From the NCBI GenBank assembly GCA_951804945.1, contig OX638160.1:53506001-53570000 (forward strand): a DNA stretch of 64,000 bases, read 5' to 3'. Origin of the DNA: Podarcis cretensis. Its lineage: Eukaryota. Below are positions 1 to 10,381 of this stretch, one piece after another. Each line of letters opens with the position of its first letter. The first letter of the stretch is position 1. Both the position numbers and the translations under genes were made by a program. The notes under the pieces are model-generated. The model made no database searches. It had not been told where the DNA came from and saw only the letters and a program-made list of their open reading frames with translations.

Positions 1-486
1 GACACTGTTTATTGCCTTGTCCTATTATTTATTTTCATCTCAAAAATCCTTAAATTAAGAACTCAGTGGTGCTTGTGTGTTTAGGAAGGGAGTTAATGGG
101 GTGTGTGATGCAGTAGACAGCATTTTTGAATGTGACCAAAAGTCCCTAGGAATGTGTCTCTTCCCATACTTGTGAACACATATGACACAGGAAGTTGTCT
201 TAACTCAGTAAGACCATTGGTCCTTCTCTTACTCAGGACTGTCCACTCCTTGGCAGCAGATCTTCAAGGTTTCAGTCAAGAGTCTCTCCTAGGAATCAAA
301 CCTGGGACCTTCTGAATGCACAGCAATGCTCTACTACTGAACTATGGCCTTTCCCCTGTGACTTCAGAGGTGGCCATCATTACCTGCTTGATGTCATTTT
401 GTCATGGAGAAGCATGACAAAATGGTGCAGGTTCTATTTCTGGCTATGTGTGGCCTCTCCCACAATAGAAAAAAAAAACCCAAATA

Positions 487-967
487 CCGTATTTTTCGCT
501 CTATAGGACGCACTTTTCTCCCTCCAAAAATTAAGGGGAAATGTGTGTGCGTCCTATACAGCGAATGCAGGCTCCTTGGCTTCAGTGATAGCAACGCAAA
601 GCCTCTGAAGTGCAGAGGGAGCGTTCCCTCCGCGCTCCTTGGCTTCGCGTTGCTTTTGCTGAAGCCTGGAGAGCAAGAGGGGTTGGTGCGCACCGACCCT
701 CTCACTCTCCAGGCTTCAGGGATAGCCGCCTGAAGCCTTCAGAGCGCAGCGCGAGTTCCCGCTGCGCTCCGCAGTCTTCACGTTCCTTTTGCTGAAGCTG
801 GGAGAGCAAGAGTCTCCTGGCTTCAGCAGATAGGGAGAGCTGCACAGCGCCCCTTCAGCGAGGCGGGAGGAGAAATGGAAGGGGAAGAATTTTTTTCCCC
901 TTGTTCTCCCCCTCTAAAACAAGGTGCGTCCTGTGGTCGGGTGCGTCCTATAGAGCAAAAAATACGG
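487..967. mobile_element. Tc1/mariner Tc2-like MITE
   Basis: TIRs CCGTATTTTTCGCTCTATAGGACGCAC ... GTGCGTCCTATAGAGCAAAAAATACGG, TA on both sides; related copies at 17156 and 30862. Confidence 0.85.
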
Positions 968-1304
968 TAATATAAAGAGCAAAATCCAACAGGAAAATCA
1001 TCCCATTGAAAAGAATGGGAACTGCACAAGAGGAGACGACTCCCGTGGATTTCACTAAAATTTGCACAGTGAACTTCCCAGTGGAGTGTGTCACTTAAAT
1101 CATAGTAACCATTTCTAAATTGGCACATATGCAATGCATTGTTGGGGCAATGCAAAGCTGCTCATCAGTCTGGATTGTATTCAAATTCCAGTAACTGGAA
1201 TTACGTTCATTGTATGCAACTAAGGTCAGCAAGAATTGCATGTCATTAGGAATCTGATCATACTATGAGCTTTGCTATTTGAACAATGTTTTGTCGCATT
1301 GCAG

Positions 1305-1581
1305 CTCCAGAAACTGAAACGATCGCTGTCTTTCAAGACCAAAAGTTTACGGAGTAAAAGTGCAGACAACTTTTTCCAGCGGACAAACAGTGACATGAAG
1401 TTGCAGGTAGATTTGCTATCAGAAATCAGCCCCAGAACTGGTCAACTCTCAGCCTCTGAAAGTCAGACATCTACTCCCACCATAGTCCAACACCAACAGG
1501 AAAGCAACAAGACTCACGTTTTCCAGGAGCACATATTCAAAAAACCTACGTTCTGTGACATCTGCAACCACATGATTGTAG
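1305..1581 (+). CDS. STAC: STAC coding exon 2 (LQKLKRSLSFKTKS...start of C1 domain HVFQEHIFKKPTFCDICNHMIV)
   Basis: ttgcag| acceptor at 1302-1304 and G|gtaaga donor at 1582; 277 nt; peptide matches the recalled vertebrate STAC1 N-terminal region and C1 start. Confidence 0.97.
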
Positions 1582-4454
1582 GTAAGAATTGTTTTGCTTC
1601 TTCCCAAGCACCTAATGTACAATGGTATTTTCCAGAATGTGATAAAGAAAACTTGGGCTGATTATTTGAATCTTTTAAAATGTGCATGCAAGACCTCTAG
1701 GCTAAATTTTGTCCAAAGGATCCATTTCCTTTTATGTATTTATCATGATAGAAGGGTTTGCTGTCCCTTGAGAATTCTAGAGCTCTGAGTCTTATAAGTG
1801 TGCAGAATAATATAAATAGGAATCTAATAACTATGTAAGCTTTTCATTATAATATCACATCTGAGGCTTAAGCAGCAAATGCTATCGGTCTGAAATTATT
1901 GCAAGCCTTTGGACCCAATCAAGCAGTTTGCACCAATTAAGATGTCACTTGAAAGCTTAGGCCTGTAGACAATATTTATGCAGTTTAATTTTCAGAAACA
2001 TTCATGAAATTTAGAAATGAAATTTTTCAGATGCCTGGCTAGCCCACCCTTCTGTGACATCAGAGCATTCTAGACTAATCAGAGGTGTAATATTTATTTA
2101 TTATGTATTTTACTTGCTAGACATCTCATAAACAAGTTCTTGAGCCATAGGCATGGTGGTTATGATATCTTTGCTGTGCAGATCAGCTGTTCGCCACTGG
2201 ATGATTCTAATAGTTTCATACCCTAGTGGTTAAGATTTTGCTACAAGATGGCATAAAATATATTCTATTAATCTCCCCCTCGCTGACATGGGAGTCCATT
2301 GGACTAGTTAATGCATCTGATCACTCAAAACCATCTTCTGACTTAGATCATTGGCCAATTGTGACAAAGTAGAACCACTGTGCTCTTCCAAGGTGGGTGA
2401 GGAGCTGCATGAGACGTTGGATGGAGGTCATAATTGTATAGAGAAGGGGAATTATATAGGAATCATTATGTCATCTGTGCACTATGGTGTATCTGCATGT
2501 TAGCCAGAGCTAACCAAACATTTCTCCTGATAAACCTAATGATCTACAAATTCTGAAAATGTATTTCTATAGTCCTAGAACCTAAAGATTGTTAGAAGCT
2601 ATGCTTCTATAGGAAAAGAATAGTATATGATATGGGAAAGTTTCATAGAGTTGTAATGATGTTGAAAGAGAGATGGAATCCACGAAGTGGTATCTGGCAG
2701 GAAGCTGGAAGAGGAACGATAAATATACTCTTGAAGATAACTGATACAAGGTTTCATAAGCAGATACTTCCTTCAGCATATTTTGGAAGTTCTCACACTG
2801 ATAGGATTCATGTAAACAAATAAGTCTGTTTTCTGTACTGGTTAGGCAAAGATTGTTCTGTGATATGGTCTCACTGAATGGTCTTTTACCCTAACTAGGG
2901 AGGCAAAACTTTGCCCACTTATGATTTGTCTGCCAGCGGTAATGTGGAAATCCCAAAGTGCCAAACATCTTATGCAGCACTTATTTCACCAAGCTGTTCG
3001 TCAGGTGCTTTTCAAGTTGAGCAAATTAATATCAAGGGAATTCCGATCTTGGAGAGCATTTTGTAGACTTTCGAAAAACAAGAGCTACATGTCCCCCCAC
3101 AACCCCCCATCCCCAAATATATATTGGGAAATTTGTACTTTTAACATATTTTCTGTATATTTAAGTTAATTTCAGCAACAGTGGAAGCGCATTTGAGTTT
3201 GAAATTTACAAAGATAAGAGGGCATACTTTTCCCCTATCCAAGTTTGAATAAAAAATGTATAAAACATATCCTGAATTGAAGTGTGCAATTTAAAAACTT
3301 GCAAGAGCTTTGGAAGACAAGGATATTTTCTTAGTATTCTTTTCAACCAAGATTCAGTGAATATCCAGAATATCCTTCTTACTCTTACCAATGTATAAAT
3401 TTAGCTGGTGTCTTTCGGACTGCCGTTGGATCATTACAACAGTTGTTGGATAAACTGAATGGCAACCATGAGGCCTGGGGACAGAGGAGAAGATGCAACA
3501 AAATGCAGTGCTTTGATTAGTGCACTCTAAAAACCTTCAACCCCCCGGACCTTTACATACATGTGTCTGGAGGCATACTCAGCCCTTTCAAAATAAAACG
3601 CATGCACAAATATTATGGAAACTGGGGAAGATGTGGTGGAACAATAATGTTTTTGCAGAACCACCCCAAGCAAGCAGACAAACAGTAAAGTTGCACCAGT
3701 GGAGGCGAATGCTGGATATTTAACAATAAAGCACTTAAAAGGCTGCAAGTTAACTTCAATACGAAGATATAGGGCTGGATCTGGAGGCTACAGAAAGAAA
3801 TGTATTACACACATGTAAAACCATGATGTTTGTGTAATTGTGTTTGTGCATGCCAACAAAACATTCTAGATCCCTGAATCAATTCCACAAGTGCTTATCT
3901 TTCAAAAAGAGTGAAAGCTTTTTGTTCTGGATTCTGCACAAGCTGTGTTTATTTAGGAATAAATTCTGGGTCTTCGTGCTATTAAATTCTCCATGCAAAA
4001 TAGGGTATCAACATATCACCTGACCCTGCAGATGTTTTGGGATTCCAACTTTTACAATCCCCACCCAGCATGGCTAATGGCCAGAGATGATGAGAATTCC
4101 CCTTGAACATCTGGAGGGCCCTCCATACGTCATGTACTGACAAATATAATTGTGTGAAAAATGCAGTAGTGTAAACCTACCCTTTGTTTCAGAAAAAACT
4201 AAGGGTTTTCTTGGTTTTTCACCAGATATGTCCTTGCTGTCTAACCTACCCTAATAAGAGGCAGATACAATGAGAATGCTGTATTTAATATTTCCTGTAC
4301 AAGATGTTGAGACCCTTGTTATGTACGGATTCAGGATACCACTGAGGCCTACAGATTATGCATGATGGTAACATTCCATGAAGCCGAGAAATATTCTAAT
4401 TCCTCAGGCCGTTAGAATAGCTCGGTTAACAATAAGTATTCAGATTCTGGTAGT

Positions 4455-4545
4455 CAGCTGTGTTGGTCCAGTAGCACCTTAGAGACCAACTAAGTTTGTT
4501 CTTGGTATAAACTTTTGTGTGCATGCACACTTCTTCAGATACACA
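4455..4545 (-). mobile_element. Penelope-like element terminal fragment with decayed hammerhead core
   Basis: agtagcaccttagagaccaactaagtttg...gtgtgcatgcacacttcttcagatac, recognised as a squamate Penelope-type end; minus strand reads CTGAAGA-stem-(A)AAA. Confidence 0.6.
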
Positions 4546-4562
4546 TATATTTTGAATGAGTA

Positions 4563-4780
4563 CAGTGGTACCTCGGGTTAAATACTTAATTCGTTCCGGA
4601 GGTCCGTTCTTAACTTGAAACTGTTCTTAACCTGAAGCACCACTTTAGCTAATGGGGCCTCCTGCTGCCGCTGGAGCACGATTTCTGTTCTCATCCTGAA
4701 GCAAAGTTCTTAACCTGAAGCACTATTTCTGGGTTAGCGGAGTCTGTAACCTGAAGCGTATGTAACCTGAGGTACCACTG
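4563..4780. mobile_element. Tigger/pogo-like MITE, family A
   Basis: TA|CAGTGGTACCTC ... GAGGTACCACTG|TA; inverted copy at 23425-23639. Confidence 0.85.
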
Positions 4781-5899
4781 TATTCAGTTTTTGCAAAGGA
4801 AAAAATTGAGAATCAGAGTATTTGCGGATGCAAGGCAGGTTCCAAAGCCCTGAATTTTTATGACCACTTGAGTCTTTTTCTCTTTTTTTCGCTGAAACTA
4901 GTTCTGATTTATTATGTGATTTATTTGTCGGCTAATAATATAGAACTTGCAAGGAATATAAAAGAGCAATGCTAATGATCATTCCCAACCACCTAGCCTG
5001 CCCTGTCCAACATTAGATCCAGTCTGGTTTGGTTTAGTTTAGTCATATTTTTCCATTCACCCTTGAGATAACATGTTAATGTATTTTCGGGGTGGTGAGG
5101 TAGGCAGGAGTCGAGATTCTTCAGGAAGATACAATTTAAGAGCCAGTCTGGGCTGAAACTGCAAAGCCAGCACATCAAAACATCAGGCTGTTACTTTGAT
5201 GTGCTTCGGCCCCTTTTCTTTCCTTCTTTTTCTGCAGTGTTTTTATGTACAGACAGTTTTCCGCTGAAGAAAACAAGTGCTGAAAAAAATATATCCTTTT
5301 TTTAAAAACAAAAAAAACAACCCATGCTATTCCTGAAGTCCATTTCCTGTAGTGACTCGAATGGAAAAAATCTTCACTTTCCACACATTCTTTGCATACT
5401 GCGCCTCATCATTTGTGTCAAATCCCTAAAAACATTCCCTCCAATTTATTGTTAGGTTTTGGTGCACATCCGTCTACTCAAAACTGGTTAGAGCAGCAGA
5501 ATCAGGAAGGAACTCAAAAGCAAAATTACATAATATATCTTGTTGCTTCGGTGAATGTTCTCTTGACACCCCTTAGCTGGAAGAGCAATCATTCACTTTA
5601 CGTTTTGCAATGTAATCAATTGCAATTTCATTTCACTTTTATGCAATATAAATTAGATCTCCCTCCCCTCAAAATACAACCATCATTGAAAACTATCAGA
5701 GATGCATAAACCATTTTTCTCATGAAGACTGCAGGAGCCCTTAAGTATGAATATTTATCTGTGTTTTGAACTTGAACTCTATTCCTAATCCTTCTTCCCC
5801 TGCATTAACTGTTTCATGGGTGACCACATAGGCATCCTTGCACACAATCACAGGGCGCCACTGAAGTTTGAGAGCCCAGACTTACTGTGTGTGGCAGTA

Positions 5900-6246
5900 C
5901 AGTGGTGCCCCGCAAGACGAATGCCTCGCAAGACGGAAAACCCGCTAGACGAAAGGGTTTTCCGTTTTGGAGGCACTTCGCAAAACGAATTTCCCTATGG
6001 GCTTGCTTCGCAAGACGAAAATGTCTTGCGAGTTCCTGCAGGTTTTTTTTCCTCCCCCCCCCCCTTTTTCTAAGCCGCTAAGCCGCTTATCAACTGATCC
6101 GATAAGCCGAGAAGCCGCTAAAAGCCGCTAAGCCGCTAATAGCGCTAATCCGCTAAGCCGTCAATGGGCTTGCTTCGCAAGACGAAAAAACCGCTACACA
6201 AAGAGAATCGCGGAACGGATTCTTTTCGTCTTGTGAGGCACCACTG
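5900..6246. mobile_element. Tigger/pogo-like MITE, family B, with internal AAGCCGCT repeats
   Basis: TA|CAGTGGTGCC ... GGCACCACTG|TA; near-identical copy at 24658-25014. Confidence 0.85.
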
Positions 6247-6507
6247 TAAATCTCCAGCCCACCTTTGTAATCAGTCAAAAGCACTTTAATCAGTTAACTT
6301 AACTTAGTATTGCATTAACTCAGCATTGCATCCCCGAACTTTGAACAGAATAGGTGCTAACTCTACCTTGATGCAGGTGTTCTACTTTTGTCATAGAATT
6401 GTAGAGATGGAAGGGACCCGAGGGTCATCTAGTGCAGGGGTCAACAAACTTTTTCAGCAGGGGGCCGGTCCACTCTCCCTCAGACCTTGTGGGGGGCCGG
6501 ACTATAT

Positions 6508-7270
6508 TTCAACCAAGTATTAAAATACAGTGCTCTGTTTTTTGTTTTTTTAAATACATTTTTATTAATTTTAACATACAAATTATAAAACGTACCACAC
6601 AAATTATTACAAATACACTTTTTTTGGACTTCCATCAGCACCTCCGATGATCTTCCATCTTAACCTCTTTTTATGCATTACTTAATTTTATATTGTCTTT
6701 ACCTCTCTTAACTTATCATCTCCCCTTTTCCATTTTTACAATATTTCCAACAATACTCCTCACATAACTTCTTGCAAACCTACAAACGTCGTCTGATCAT
6801 CACAAATACTTTTCATATAGTTCGTAAATTTACTCTAGTCTTCGGTAAATTTCTGGTCCCACCGGTTTCGAATCCTTCCTGTTAATTTGTCTAATTCTGC
6901 ATAGTCCATAAAATACAGTGGTCTGTTAAATATTAAAAGCTTTTCTAAACAGGGCTGCCTTCAGATGTCTTCTAAAAATCTGGTAGTTGTTTTTCTCTTT
7001 GACATCTGGTGGGAGGGTGTTCCACAGGGCGGGTGCCACTACCGAGAAGGCACTCTGCCTGGTTCCCTGTAACCTCACTTCTCGCAATGAGCGAACCGCC
7101 AGAAGGCCCTCGGCACTGGATCATTTAGGGCTTTAAAGGTCGGCACCAACACTTTGAATTGTGCTTGGAAACGTACTGGGAGCCAATGTAGATTTTTCAA
7201 GACCAGTGTTATGTGGTCTCAGCAGCCGCTCCCAGTCACCAGTCTAGCTGCCGCATTCTGGATTAGTTGT
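6508..7270 (-). mobile_element. L2 LINE fragment (interrupted by L1, internally deleted)
   Basis: Colinear with L2 copies at 7425-7848 and 9851-10381; lacks the microsatellite tail. Confidence 0.8.
6540..6908 (-). mobile_element. 5'-truncated L1 (ORF2 C-terminus, 3' UTR, poly-A)
   Basis: Minus strand encodes MDYAELDKLTGRIRN..DQKFTED*SKFT..ICDDQTT, homologous to the L1 at 56873; ~19-bp TSD taaaatacagtg(c/g)tctgtt at 6521-6539 and 6909-6927. Confidence 0.85.
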
Positions 7271-7423
7271 ACTCATTCTACTCATTGTACAGTCTACTCA
7301 TGTAAAAACACACTGATTCCCGGACCATCCACTGGCCGGATTTAGAAGGTGATTGGGCCGGATCTGGCCCCCGGGCCTTAGGTTCCCTACCCATGATCTA
7401 GTGTAACCCCCTGCAATGCTAGA

Positions 7424-7424
<1 letters not shown>

Positions 7425-7459
<35 letters not shown>

Positions 7460-7848
7460 TTATTATTTATATCCCGCCCATCTGGCTGGGCCTTCCCAGC
7501 CACTCTGGGCGGCTTCCATAAAAACCAAAAATACAGTAAAATCACATGTTAAAAACTTCCCTGAACAGGGCTGCCTTAAGATGTCTTCTGAATGTCAGGT
7601 AGTTGTTTATCGCTTTGACATCTGCTGGAAGGGCGTTCCACAGGGTGGGCGCCACTACCGAGAAGGCCCTCTGCCTGGTTCCCTGTAGCTTTGCTTCTCG
7701 CAATGAGGGAACCGCCAGAAGGCCCTCGGCGCTGGACCTCAGCGTCCGGGCAGAATGATGGGGGTGGAGACGCTCCTTCAGGTATACTGGACCGAGGCCG
7801 TTTAGGGCTTTAAAGGTCAGCACCAACACTTTGAATGGTGCTCGGAAA
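7425..7848 (-). mobile_element. L2 LINE 3' fragment with (TAA)n tail
   Basis: ORF 7542-7829 contains the L2-type ORF2 end (LTFKALNGLGP.YL...RAFSVVAPTLWNALP); microsatellite at the 3' end. Confidence 0.88.
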
Positions 7849-9850
7849 CAGAAATGTGCAAATGCTACTCTAAGTCTCTCTCCCTGTTTGCTGTCCTAAC
7901 CCTTTTAGTTCCACATAAATTGATACAGTTCATGCCACTTTTGGCACTTTTTCTGCACTTTCATATTGTGTTTGTGTACGTGTGTGTGGGGGGGCAGTTG
8001 CTTACAAGAGCCATCTTCCTGCCTTCTTTAGTTACATGCAAGATAACAGTACACCTACAGTTTCAGATGTGGGGCAACTCTTGTGGGCCGGCTAGAAAGT
8101 CTTCTACAGCTGAAACAAGTGAGCTAAGCTATGCTGAAACTGATGGAGAGCAGCATAGGTTAATTGTGGGAAACTATTAGCGTTTGTTGTTGCTGCTGCT
8201 TTTTTCTTTCTTTTTTTTTAAGTCTCCAGAGAAGATAGCTCACTCCTAATGCTTCCTTTTTTAATGCTGTTTCCAAAGAAAGATATGTCCCTGGGAAATA
8301 AGTTCTAATTTTAAGCTTGTTTTTAGCATGCCTACATGCAAGAACACATTGAGTTGTTTCGACTGGGGATTTTTTTTTTTTTTAATCCATCAGGACCTAG
8401 AAGACACATTCTGGATGATAACTAATGATCACAGAATGGGAGAAAAAAACACAAATATGTTAGTTTTGAGAAATTTAATTTATAGGGTCAACTCCTTAGC
8501 TCTCCCAAAATGCCATGTCCCAGAAATTCCACCATTCAGAGGGACTGTGAGTTTAAAAAGACATGGCGATCATCCTAGGTGGGGGTTTTTTAAAACCCAT
8601 GGTGTTATTGACTGTAGGCTCTGGCAGGCACAGCCATTTTCAGTAGATCCCAACTGACATCACCATTAGCCATGAACCCAAGTATCCACCTGGAAAAGCC
8701 AAGTGGGGACACCAGACCTACCATTACATTTTGCAATTCAGTGAAATGTGTTGTGTCGCTGTAGACCTGCCTATAATTCTTTATACTTGTTGCAATTGTT
8801 TAAATTGTTGAGAGGACTCCAAATCCAATTCTGTGTGTGAATACACACATTTACCTACCCTCTCCCTACAATAAATTTCTCTTAGGCTTGCTGTAAAAGC
8901 TTATGCTGCAATGAATCTGTTAGTCTTTTAGTTTGCTAAATTGCTCTTGCTGTTTTTGCTACAGCAGCCTAGCACACAACTTCTCCTGTGAGATGTCAGA
9001 CTTCTGAGGCACTTGTATACTTTCTTATTGTTAAAAGAATGTGGCTGCACATTTAGAACTAGCTCAAATGATATTATTGAAAGAGCACGAGCTTTATTGA
9101 TTTTCTCCATACAATTTTCTCCATACCTTGGGTGATTTCGTTCTTCGCTGCCTTAGTGGCACAATAGACTTTCCGTTCCTTGTAAATTTTTACAGCTTGC
9201 TTTAAAATCTCCTGCTACAGCTGCCTTAGGAGTCTTCCTCTCTTCCTTCCCTGCTGGATTAACAAAACTGCAGCATGGAATTTGTGCTTCCTGCAACATC
9301 ACCAGCTAATTTATCTGAAGCCTGCTGTCTGAATCATACTGCTCTTCCCTACTGTCTAAAAATCCCAAAAGATTCACCTTCAACTGTTGCATCCAATTTA
9401 ATGGCTATGGAACTCCACTTGAAATTCTGGCACTGAAAATTTCTACTGCTAATCTCACAGAGCAAGCAGATTTTCTGCCTTTTATGTCTTTCAAGTGAAA
9501 TAGCCACAAATAGATGAAGCTCAAGGATGGCAGAAACAGGCCATATGTAGTATCATACAACAGCTATTAATTAACTGACCAATTATTAACAGATTATTAT
9601 TATTACCCCCAGTGCTTTGGGGAATAAAAAAATGAGGTGACAGTATTCCTCTGTTGGTAAAAGATTCATAGATTGCCAACACAGTGGCTGCCGTAGACAG
9701 CAAAAAAGAAGAAGAGGTGAAGTGGTCTGAATGAGTGATTGCTGTCACACACAAAAACCTGTCTCCTATTGTTAGTTTGATTCAAGGAACCAGAAGCAAA
9801 GGAAAATAACCATTAGTGATGCTTCATAAGCTATACACACAGCAGATGTG

Positions 9851-10381
9851 TGTCCAGAATGCAGCAGCTAGACTGGTAACTTGGAGCGGCCGCCAAGACC
9901 ATATAACACTGGTCTTGAAAGACCTACCCTGGCTCCCAGTACGTTTCCGAGCACAATTCAAAGTGTTGTTGCTGACCTTTAAAGCCCTAAACGACCTCGG
10001 TCCAGTATACCTGAAGGAGCGTCTCCATCCCCATCATTCTGCCCGGACACTGAGGTCCAGCTCCGAGGGCCTTCTGGCGGTTCCCTCCTTGCGAGAAGCC
10101 AAGTTACAGGGAACCAGGCAGAGTGCCTTCTCAGTAGTGGCACCCGCCCTGTGGAACGCCCTCTCACCTGATGTCAAAGAGAAAAACAACTGCCAGATTC
10201 TTAGAAAGACATCTGAAGGCAGCCCTGTTTAATGTTTGATCATGATGATGATCAAAAGCTGAAGGCAGCTTTTAATGTTTAAATAGGTCATTGTATTTTA
10301 ATATTCCGTTGGAAGCCGCCCAGAGTGGCTGGGGAAACCCAGCCAGATGGATGGGGTATAAATAATATAATTATTATTATC
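9851..10381 (+). mobile_element. L2 LINE 3' fragment
   Basis: VQNAAARLV...WLPVRFRAQFKVLLLTFKALN...AFSVVAPALWNAL; ends ggggtataaataatataattattattat. Confidence 0.88.

Larger units (their letters stand above)
6435..7395. mobile_element. hAT MITE (CAGGGGTC...CCCATG) carrying nested L2 and L1 pieces
   Basis: Perfect 8-bp TSD ATCTAGTG at 6427-6434 and 7396-7403; arms match copies at 14392 and 52801. Confidence 0.85.
6392..7422 (-). mobile_element. 3' part of a tRNA-derived SINE, split by a hAT MITE
   Basis: 6392-6434 joined to 7404-7422 gives catagaattgtagag..gggtcatctagtgtaaccccctgcaatgc, the reverse complement of the SINE tails at 50465 and 59765. Confidence 0.75.

Noticed and set aside
1-1304. 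STAC exon 1 or promoter
   Set aside because: No matching N-terminal peptide, donor site or CpG island; the only GC-rich part is the Tc2-like MITE.
1272-1661. 129-aa ORF as a stand-alone gene
   Set aside because: Only 1305-1581 is exonic (STAC exon 2); the flanking codons are intron read-through across clear splice sites.
6070-6165. CRISPR-like or coding repeat array
   Set aside because: Short degenerate 8-9 bp units without unique spacers, inside a TA-flanked MITE in a vertebrate intron.
7416-7688. Poly-Ile ORF (and the poly-Tyr/Asn ORFs near 27.9 kb)
   Set aside because: Translations of (TAA)n/(TTA)n L2 tails.
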